This document shows positions 26,741 to 36,460 of a DNA stretch of 64,000 nt, piece by piece. The notes under the pieces are model-generated. The model worked only from the letters and a program-made list of their open reading frames with translations. It was not told the DNA's origin and searched no databases. The stretch lies in contig CM052816.1 of NCBI GenBank assembly GCA_028534125.1, positions 36,644,001 to 36,708,000 of the forward strand. Direction: 5' to 3'. Both the position numbers and the translations under genes were made by a program. Position 1 is the first letter of the stretch; each line of letters opens with the position of its first letter. The DNA comes from Lama glama (lineage: Eukaryota).

Positions 26741-27736
26741 ATAGAGTGGTTGAAGTGCAGAGACATTTGGGAGTACATAGCTAATAAACTACCAAATTAT
26801 AACTTCAAAGAACAACAGCATAAAAGGAACATGATAATTTTATAGTGGGAAGTGGAAAAAGAAAACAAAATGAGACATGAGTATGAATAATTTGTTCTGG
26901 GGTTGAAATGACTTTTTTTGGAAATAAGAGTGTTAAAAGTAGTTTTGTAAGCATAGTCCAAACTGACTTGAAGTGCATGAAAATAACTGGAGGCTGTATT
27001 CTGGGAGTAATTTAAGGTGGCAAAAGTGAATAGTGAACTGAGGCAAAGAATATAAACTGAAACTTCTCAGGTGGGTATTAAGTATATTATATATTCTTGT
27101 TTCTACTCATTCTTTAGAATGTATTCTCCAGAGGAATATATTCTCTAGAGGGGAATATGGAAAAAGAGACACTAGACATTTTAATTTAGAAATAATATTG
27201 GAATTTAATAATAAATGTTAAAATATTGGATTTAAAATATTACTGATCAATGGCCTTTTTAGAATACTTGTAGTTTTAATAAATCAACTTAAGTTCTTTC
27301 ATATTACGATCTAGGCACTATACTAAGATTTTTCATAAACACAATCTTGTAAAGGCTTTGAGAGAATTTATAAACCAGTAGAAATGAATGATTGCTAAAG
27401 TTAGAACACAGCAAATATCATACGACAAATATACAGTATTGTAGGTATTTGAGTTGTGATAAAGGGCATCTTTGATGTTTCATATTCGTGAAGAATGGAA
27501 TATGGCTTCTAAAATATTTCTGAAGTGTGTGATATATAGTCAAATAGGAAACACATTAAAAGTTAAACATGAGTAGTTGAAAGATTAATAAAAATCAGTC
27601 ATAAATGCTTAATACTGACATATGAACATGCACATGGGATAAAGTATATTTTGAATGTATGAGATATACAGTCAGATATAGGCTTTATTCTTTTTTATAT
27701 ATAAAGAATTGATTACCAAAAAAGTGATTTACTTAC

Positions 27737-27794
27737 CAAATGGGTTCCAAGTTTTTGTTGAAAATATTTGATAACTGACTTTACATTATAGTAT
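27737..27794 (-). pseudogene. Pseudo-exon (58 nt, phase 2 to 0), open
   Basis: Boundaries tttctatttcttattcttaattatag|a and ttg|gtaagt; reads YYNVKSVIKYFQQKLGTHL. Confidence 0.72.
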
Positions 27795-28464
27795 CTATAA
27801 TTAAGAATAAGAAATAGAAATGTAAGATCTAACATTTCTCCAAAGACTATTATACAGCACATTCATGAAAATATTGCAAGATCAAATATTACACTAATGG
27901 GTGTTTGTTCAGGAGTACTCATAAAACAAAAGAATAAATTTTATTCTCTTGTCAGGCAGTTTGAAAAATAGCTTTCATGACTAAAGTTATTATCTGATTA
28001 ATATGCTCAGCCTTTTATTTTTTGACCATCAAACTAGTGTCCACAATACGATTTTTAAAGCCCCTATATTTATAAAAATGATTTACTAAGTTATACTTGT
28101 TACTAAAAGTAAAGCATAAATATAGACATTGTGGATGCCAATTAATAATACCTTTTAACTGTTAATTAATTATATGTCCTAATTATGCAATTTTCATGTA
28201 CAGTACTTATACTAATTAGATAATTAGAATATGTGACTAGAACTTTGCTGTAATATACAGAAAGACCTTAACATATTTTAGACAGTAAAAAAAAAAAAAA
28301 AAGAAAGAAACACATAATCATCCAGTCTTTTCCTAAATAAGGATAATAGTATCTTAAAAAGAGATTAAATACTATAGTACAAATGAAGGTAATAGTTTCC
28401 AAAGAATCTTTCTGGATACAGTTTTTGTGTATATCCTCATAGAAAACACAAAAAATAAGTATAC

Positions 28465-28649
28465 CTCCCACACACACAATATAGGAATCCCAACATTCTC
28501 TGTAATATTATCAGTACTATTATCTCTGTAAAGATTATAAGTCACTTTGTTGTACTCTCTTTGAAAACATATCATCAAAATTCTGATGGGTGAAAAACTC
28601 AAAGTCAAGATGGCAGGAAGTGGAGACAAAAGTTAAGAGCTATATATTC
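28465..28649 (-). pseudogene. Probable first coding pseudo-exon (185 nt)
   Basis: Branch point actaac (28673-28668), pyrimidine tract and ctacag| acceptor; donor gag|gtatac; ATG at 28570 gives MFSKRVQQSDL and the neighbouring frame gives STDNITENVG. Confidence 0.6.
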
Positions 28650-28829
28650 CTGTAGACAGAAAAGTTGGTTAGTTACCAATGGACCTCCTTTTTCCTACTA
28701 ATTAAATCCCTAGAAAATATGTATATTTTTCACAGAACATTGAACAACGTTAGATATGACAGAGGAAGCTCCTGAAAGGTGCTCTCACAATGTCTAGGCA
28801 ACTATTATCAACTACTGCTGAAGTCATTA

Positions 28830-30170
28830 GGTGAATGAATGGTTGAAGAGGAACTTTATAATAGATCAGATTGACAACTCCTGAATCTAATAATCATTCT
28901 TAAATCACTACAATTGAGGTAACTACACACCATATATTACCTAATATGATACAATATAAATTACACACAGTACAATAATATATTCTTGTCAGGGAAGGGG
29001 AGGCGGGAAAAATATGCACAAAAATACACCTGGATCTAACTACCAGTTTATAGGCAATATGAAGGATAAAAGTTCATGTTAAACTATGCTATGAAGCAGT
29101 AATCAACCAAATCCAAAGTTTGGAAAATTCTAAGTAATTTCACACACAATTAAGCAGCATCAACCATTAAATAACACAACAGAGAAAAATGTAGATGGCT
29201 AATGGTTATAGAGTAAAGGGAATTTAACATACAGAGCAACTAAATAAAACACATGAAACTTCTTTTGATCCTGCCTCTATCACAATTGTAGAAGACATTT
29301 TTGAGACAATGAGGAAATATCAGAAATTGAGTAGGTATTAGATCACATTATAGAGTTATTTTTATAAGATGTTATTTTGTTTCAGTTATTATTAAACAAA
29401 TGTCTTTACCTACTGAGATACACACAGAAATATTTGTAAGTGGAGTGATAGGAAGTCAGATTTGCTTAAATATAAAACTGAAGCAAATAAACACAAGAAA
29501 AAGTTTGGGTATGTATGTTGTGGGGGAAGGAAGGGAGACAGATAATACAACAAAATGTTGATAATTGTGGTAGGTATAGGAGGCAGAAAAATGACTAACC
29601 CCACCCCTAAAACAGATCCAGGTCTTAATTCCTGAAACCTGTGAATATCTTGTTATACGGCAAGGGAAAATCAAGGTTGCAGATGAAAGTTTGCTCATCA
29701 ACTGACCTTGAGATGGGGGAATTATTCTGGAAGACCCTGCAGCACAGAGAAGTGGGAGGTGGGGGAGACAATGTATCATAAGGCTCCTTATAAGTAGAAG
29801 AGGAAAGCAGAAAAGGTAAAACTAGGGAGATGGCAAAATGAAAAAGACTTGGCCTGATGTTGCTGGCTTTGAAGACGGAAAAATGACACCATAAGGCTGT
29901 AGAAGCCTCTTGAAGCACAAGAAAACATATTCTCCCCTAGAGTCTCCAAAAAGGGAATATAGCCCTCATTTTTAGCCCAGTGAGATTCATTTCTGACTTT
30001 TGACCTCTAGAAATACTAAATGATAATGTATGCTGTTTTAAACCATCAAATTTCTGTTACTATGTTACTGAATCAATGAAAAAATAATGTACTAGGTTAT
30101 GGGTACATGAGTTTCATCATTCTTCCTGCTTTTGAATTTATTTTAATTTTTCCATAATAAAACTTAAAAA
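28830..30170 (+). mobile_element. Ancient L1ME 3' region, split by MLT1
   Basis: ggatctaactaccagttt, gagatacacacagaaatattt and tttccataataaaa motifs. Confidence 0.75.
29575..30091 (+). mobile_element. MaLR solo LTR (MLT1D/E-like)
   Basis: aaggttgcagatg, tgctggctttgaagacgga and ttctcccctagagtctcca motifs; 5-bp TSD gtagg/ctagg. Confidence 0.88.
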
Positions 30171-30783
30171 AATTAAGATTCTGAAAATAATTTTTATTAC
30201 CAATTTTGTGATTAAAGTCCAATAGCTCAACAGCAAAAAGCTTAATTTAAGGACATATGAAATCTAGTAAATAATATGACTGATTCTGAAGATGCCCTTT
30301 ATATATAATCAGAGATGTCACAACGTAGTATAATTATTTGAATTGTGTGGCATTGTTAAAGAGTAAGAAAAGAACTGAAAGTGTCTTCATGACAGATTTG
30401 TGGTCACATTTAAAGGCAAATATATCAAATTGTATTGAAACACATGATGAGATCATCAATTAGTAGGTCACAGATGGTATACTCTTTGTGCCACTTTGTA
30501 ATGAACATTCACTATTAATTTTAGAATTTTGTTAAGTGAAGCATAGTTAAAATAACAAATCTCTCCATAAACACCACCTTTTTAGACCAAAAAGTCAAAG
30601 AGGGATAACCTATTATTACCTTAAACTGCAATTCAATGTTGTATTTTATTTAATAGAGATAGTGTCTCACAAATATTTTTATCTGTCATAATGGGAGATT
30701 GTGACTTTTTTGAAGGGTAGGTCTTTTTTTTTTTTATCTGAAAAACAGTTCTCTACATCCTGAAAGAAAATTAATTTGATTTC

Positions 30784-30784
<1 letters not shown>

Positions 30785-30820
<36 letters not shown>
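30785..30820. repeat. (AC)18 microsatellite
   Basis: Directly visible. Confidence 0.98.
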
Positions 30821-30824
<4 letters not shown>

Positions 30825-30889
30825 CTACTTCACAGTACAAATGGAGATTACGTAATGACATTTTCCCTTTAAAAGCCATTTAAAAGTAA

Positions 30890-31508
30890 TAATAAACGGT
30901 GACAGGTGATGTCGAAGCAAATACTTTTTCTCTAGGATACTTCAAAAACGGATAAACTTACCTAAGACGGTTCAAATTTCTCCACTGCAGCCGCTGTAAT
31001 TCAAGACTATCTGTGGTAAACTCAACCTACTTGTTCAGCCTTAAAACAAATTTTAATTCACCGAGGTCTCACACGGGACCCAGTTCGGTTTAAGTCGGAC
31101 CCACTTTGACCTGGAGCAGCCTAGTTTCTAAGTCGGATTCATTCTGACCCCGGAACTGGTTCTGTTTCTAAATTGGACCCACTCTGACCCCGGAACCAGT
31201 CTGACGTTTTCGTCAGACCCAGTCAGACTCCAGCGGTTTCTGGTTTCGGTCAGAAAAGGAAGTGCAGTCAGACTGTAGGGGTTTCTGGACTCAGTCAGAA
31301 ACAAGAAGTGCTCAGATAAAGTCCGAAAGCTCATAAGGCAAAAGCTGCAGAGCTGAAACCGGGTTTCTGAGAGAATAATGTACCCATCAGCTCCTGAGGC
31401 GGCAGGAAAGCGGGGCGCTCAAGCGGCTCGAAGGTACCTCAGCCTGGTTGTTCGTTGCTTTGGGGGCCCTCAGGGGTCTCCTCTGGCCCCTTCTTTTGAT
31501 ACCAGAAC
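30890..31508 (-). mobile_element. ERV1 (MER4-group-like) 5' internal leader with degenerate PBS and gag-like remnant
   Basis: PBS-like tggtatcaaaagaagggg (31504-31487; 12/18 match to tRNA-Leu PBS tggtgtcagaagtgggat) 4 nt after the LTR; 31020-30970 reads FTTDSLELQRLQWRNLN. Confidence 0.7.
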
Positions 31509-31815
31509 TGGTAAAAGATAAACTGAAGTATATTAAAATTTTTAAGAATTCATCTGAGCAAAATATCTGTTTGAGTCGGCTGTGCCAAACCGGTAGTGGT
31601 TACTCGCGCTCCACCTGACGAGAGCTCCGGGAGAGACTGTTACAGAGAGACGGTGGACGCAGAGTAAGGAGATTGTTGATTGGCTGGAGCTTGTAGCCTA
31701 GCTGGCCTTTGGAATCGGTTCTCCTCAGCGTTTTGGTTTCACGACCTTGAGGCATTTACGGGCTTAGATTTTGGTTTGCTTACAGTAGGCAGCCAAGGTA
31801 TTAGAGCCACGTCAG
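30897..31815 (-). promoter_or_regulatory. CpG-island-like candidate promoter and first exon
   Basis: About 37 CpGs in ~920 bp (manual count); CCAAT at 31683-31679; CRE-like TGACGTGG at 31814-31807; donor TTAG|GTAAGT at 30962/30961. Confidence 0.55.
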
Positions 31816-31846
31816 TGAATGGCCTCCCTGTTTAATTAATGTGACA
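31509..31846 (-). mobile_element. ERV1 5' LTR (LTR31/MER72-like)
   Basis: Minus strand tgtcacattaattaaacagggaggccatt..gtaagcaaacc..agccaatca..tcagtttatcttttacca; TG..CA ends. Confidence 0.82.
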
Positions 31847-31992
31847 GACCAAATTTAAAATTAGTTCCTCATCACTGACTTTCAAAGCAGGATTCAGACT
31901 TTCTTAGGCAGTTCTAGTCTAAATAAATTTACAGTAAGCCGCTGAGGTAAAAGCATTTTGAACTTCTGGAAACAGGTGATGATAGTGGCAGT

Positions 31993-32092
31993 NNNNNNNN
32001 NNNNNNNNNNNNNNNNNNNNNNNNNNNNNNNNNNNNNNNNNNNNNNNNNNNNNNNNNNNNNNNNNNNNNNNNNNNNNNNNNNNNNNNNNNNN
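31993..32092. other. Assembly gap (100 N)
   Basis: Run of N; true size unknown. Confidence 1.
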
Positions 32093-33169
32093 AAACATTA
32101 ATAAAAATTAAAATAATACCAAAACAGTACTTTTATTATAATTGTCTTACGCCATAATTGTGACTTTGTGACTGAAAATGTAACAAATTATTTACAATTT
32201 TACTCTTACCTAGTTCATTTTACAAGAATAAAAAAAATCTCATCAAAGTAATAGACGGCAAAGGATGAGAAATAACTTTTAAAATTGGTAATATTAATGT
32301 GTCAATATTAGTAATTCAGTTTTTACTAAGAAATTCCATATACAAGCTGTGTACAGTAGCAGTCAAAATGACCCTAATGAAGTAAGCAATGATTCTTCTC
32401 TAAAAATATAACTGAACTCATACATCTGAATGGGTTGTTATCTTTAATTTTATAATTGCCTTTACATAATAAAGCAGCATTTTAATATTCATAATTCATA
32501 CCCTTTGTTGAGGGTAGGTTTTATTTGTATTCATATTCAAAAGTCTTTTGGAGTCAGGTCAACATACATGTTTCAGACAAACCACTTTTTCAGTGTTGGC
32601 TCCATGATGTAAAGGAATAAGACTCTCGTTTATCTTTTAAACTACAGAGAAACTAGGAAAACAATTTACAAAGTAAAACATTATTAATTTCTTGTTGACT
32701 TTTATAAATTGAGTGATCTGTTGAGGTGTAACATTTTTTACCAAAATAGATAGCTTTATAATAAAAGAAAATGACTGATTCTCCTAAGTTCATTAAAAGG
32801 AAAGAAAAAACAGGACTACAACTACCTAAGGAATACAGTTCATAAATGTAGAAACAGTTGTTTAACAGATCACAGTTACTACCTATTTATACTTTTCTCT
32901 TTTTCTTTCTATCACCATATTTCTCTCTATTGCTATATTTATGTCCTATCTTTTTATTAATAGAGAAGACCACTGTTGTTATGATGAATATTCTGTAAAT
33001 TCATTGAACACTACTTTTTCAGTTAATAATACATATATATTTTACTATATTATAATTTTAAAATTTTTTTACTTATTATTTTAAACTATTTTTTAGCTTC
33101 TGTATGCTAAAACTGCTTTACCAAACCTGAATTTTGTATATGACAAATACATAAAATAGTACCTGTAGG

Positions 33170-33860
33170 TGTAGGAGAAAAATTAGAAAATTGTGGTGTC
33201 ATTGAAGTCAAGAAAGACTCAAGAAGAAGGAAATGGCAAGTGGTGTTAACCAAAATTTACTCAGTGTAATGAAGTTATTGTTAACTCCCTGGAAAATGGT
33301 ACAAAACTGAAAATCATAAGGGTTGCCATCCAGTGGATAAAATAGATACTGAAGTAAGATAATGATGTTCTGATAAATTGACATATGGAAATATAAGGTG
33401 CCATTAAAATTGTCACAGGGCTGAAATTTTATAGAATTTTTACATTTATAATTTTTGAATATTCAGAGATGATGTGACTTGGAGACATTCTTCGAGGTTG
33501 GTGACGTGATGTTGATGGATTACATTCATAAGAATGGTTTCAGTCAAGTGGTCAGATTTAAGTTTCATAGGAAGGGGGTTGCTGAATTAGAATAAATGGG
33601 AGATAAGTGTGTAGAATGTATTTTAAAATTTTGTCTATGAAGAGAAAGAGAGAATAAAAAAAATGGTATCAGCAGCGGTTTGAAGTTCCTAGTAAGCTTG
33701 TAAAACATGTAACGATAATAGATTGAGTATGTATGTAAAACATGTAATGGTAATAGACAAGGAGATGATGGACTTGAGAATTGGTTATGAATTCTTGTGG
33801 AATAAGAGGATGATTTAGGATGTTGGATAGGGACTGTAAGCAAGTGCCAAAGTCTGAAGT
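33170..33860 (-). mobile_element. L2 fragments
   Basis: gtggtgtcattgaagtcaagaaaga..tcaagaagaagg and related purine-rich antisense L2 motifs. Confidence 0.6.
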
Positions 33861-33863
33861 AAA

Positions 33864-33926
33864 TGTGTGTATGTGTGTGTGTATATCTCTGTGTGTGTAT
33901 GTGTGTGTGTGTGAGTGTGTGTGTGT
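33864..33926. repeat. Imperfect (TG)n microsatellite
   Basis: Directly visible. Confidence 0.95.
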
Positions 33927-35026
33927 CAGAGTGGAGGTGGGGCAAGGTATTGGATGGTGGTAATGGTGATGCAAGATATTAAGGGTGACAACTTGGGCAC
34001 ATAAAAACCAAAAATATTTTAGGTAAATATACTTTATGTATTTCCTTGTGATAGTAGTATTTTCTAAGTCATTTGCACTGTATGAGATTTAGCCTTCCTA
34101 AAGACAGCAATGCATAGTATTCCGTTTTCTTCATAAATAAAAATAATTGTACAGAGATAACACTCACCAGGAAGATACATTATAGATCATACTATGGTTA
34201 AAGATTATCTCTGATTCATTGTATAAGTAGTAGATACTCTGTTAAATTGGGTATTAGACAAGCCCAGAGTTGAGTAAAAGCTTAGTTGGAAATATGTTGC
34301 TTTCAAATAAATATCCTCATTTAATTTTTATCTCTATTTGAAAAGTATTAGAAAAAGAAAAATTATGTTAAAAACTACCATGGTGTTACCTTTTTATCTC
34401 AAAATCTTCCTAATTATGGTTTAGATATTGAGCAATATTAAAGGTCTGTCATCACTGCAATTTGTTTGGCAGCAGTAAGACTTCAGAAGGCAGATAAAAA
34501 GCTCATAATCCTGTTATTAGACACACTAGAGCTTTATTGTAACATAAATAAATTTTGCAATTTCTGATTTTTTGAAAAAAGTTTTCTTACTACATTTATA
34601 ACATTAATAAAATTTTAAATCAGAAGCATGTTCTACTATTTTATAGTATCATTAATTTTTTAAAGAAATGCCAAGGAGTATAATATTGTACACATATGTG
34701 GTTTACCAACCAGTTTAAGATATAAAGCACGTAAGATATCAAAGCTCCTTTAAAACTCCCTAACTCATTTTTTTGCCTCTTCATCCTCCCTCCACAAAGG
34801 CAGGTATTATTTTTAATTTTTCATATTCATATATGTTCTCAAACATTTAGTATGTATGTGTCCATGAACATTTTATATTTTTGTATTGCAGATTTTCAAG
34901 TTAAATGCTTTATAACAAATTATTTTGTGTATTTTGTTTTTTCAGTTATTTAGTTTATGACAGTCATCTATGTTGACAGTGTATCTCAAGTTCAAAATTT
35001 TCATCAATTATTTGTATTTTATTATA

Positions 35027-35300
35027 CATTTGGCCCTTGAAGAATGCAGAAGTTGGGGCATTGATTCCCCAAGCAGTTGAAAATCTGAATATAAATTTTG
35101 ACTCCCCCAAAACTTTACTAATAGACTACTGTTGACTGAAAGCATTTCTGATAACATATGTAGTGAATTAACACATATTTTGTATGTTATATGTATCATA
35201 TATGATATTCTTACAGTAAGGAAAACTAGCTAAAAGAAAATGTTATTAAGAAAATCATAAGAGAAAGTACATTTATAGTATTGTTTTATTTATCAATATT
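35027..35300 (+). mobile_element. Tigger2/MER8-like DNA transposon end
   Basis: ta|catttggcccttgaa..ttttgactcccccaaaact..aaaatgttattaagaaaatcataag. Confidence 0.85.
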
Positions 35301-36460
35301 GTAACATCATCTGTTTACAAAATGAATCATCTGTCAGTATGTATGTCAATAACATCTTACATGATACAAAAATATTGTAGATGTTATATGTACAAAACAC
35401 GGCCCAGATTGTATATGTTATTATAAAATAATGACTCTCTTCTTGAAAGTATATTTTGTCTAATAGTAATCTGGCTATACCATTTGTTTTCATTACGTTT
35501 GATTGGTATAATTTTGTTATGTATTTTTACTTCCAGTCATTCTTTATCATTATGATTATGTTTATAAATAATGCAAAGTTGGTTTCTGTTTCTTTTTCAT
35601 CTACACTTATCACTTCTGTCTTTTAACTGGAAAATTTGAACTATTTACATGTATCACAATTATGGATGTTTTTGACTTATGCTAAAACCTTTATTGTTAT
35701 CCTATCATTTTTCTGAATCTCTTTTGTTGCCTTCTTTGGATTTAATACATTTTTCTTTTTTTCCCTTCAGATGGTTTTAAAATGACATACTCCATTTTTA
35801 TTTGTATGTATTTGTGTTTAACATATATATGTTGACATAGCATATGTGTGTATATGCATATATACACACAGACACATGCACACATACGTACACATTCACC
35901 ACTGTTTCATCAGTCTTAAGAAATAAGGGAGGCTGTTATAACCTTAGAACTTCTCAGAACTGAGAACTGTTATTGTCTCACATGTTATTGTTTTATGTAA
36001 CATTTTGCTTACATGTTATATTTCACTCCCAAAGTATCTTGGCTATCATTAAAATTTTATATTTAATATGTTTATATTACCTACATATTTATCAAATCTT
36101 TTGCTCTTTATTTCTTCCTATGTTTATTCCCCTCTTTCTTTTCTTTATGTTATTCTAGTTTATATTTCCTAAAGCAAATTCTTTAAACATTTATTTAGTG
36201 AAGACTAATTAATGGTAAAAATCTGTCAATTAACATTTGTCTAAATTTTCTTTATTTCATTTTTCATTTTTTAATAAATTTTATAGGTATAAAATTGTGG
36301 ATGACAGTTATATTCTTTCTGCATTTTAAGAGCTTTTTCTCAGAGTTCTTATTATTCTATTCTTGTTATAGTCTATTCTTGCAGTTGATAGTCTGCTGTC
36401 AATCTGATCATCATAATTTCCACTTAAACTGCCTTTCCTTTGTAGCTGATTTAAAATCTT

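Larger units (their letters stand above)
1400..28649 (-). pseudogene. Decayed multi-exon gene for an LRR + LRR-cap + IQ + charged-tail protein, LRRIQ3-like
   Basis: Exon-like blocks at 28649-28465, 27794-27737, 25145-25087, 20238-20158, ~19140-19043, 12510-12389, 12192-12144, 12069-12029, 11818-11710, 11571-11495, 5682-5525 and ~2930-1400. Most have AG/GT boundaries. Translations give NLHYNKIE, GCVKH*IKIFL, NPNFW..IHTN, CPFR*TASNRDI*KYCIPHL and TTY..MNNVK..PVYITERM, collinear with recalled LRRIQ3. Many in-frame stops and frameshifts. Confidence 0.72.

Noticed and set aside
28268..28477. ORF containing FLRYYYPYLGK, reminiscent of the Na,K-ATPase beta-subunit YYPYYGK motif
   Set aside because: Only a short motif; the surrounding Cys pattern and downstream PLVA motif are missing, and it lies in a predicted intron of the LRR-IQ fossil gene.
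31075..31310. Repeat array superficially like CRISPR
   Set aside because: Head-to-tail degenerate tandem units without unique spacers, in a mammalian ERV leader, with no cas genes.
33565..33974. Longest ORFs (126 and 101 aa, His/Thr-rich)
   Set aside because: They arise from a (TG)n microsatellite and L2 sequence.
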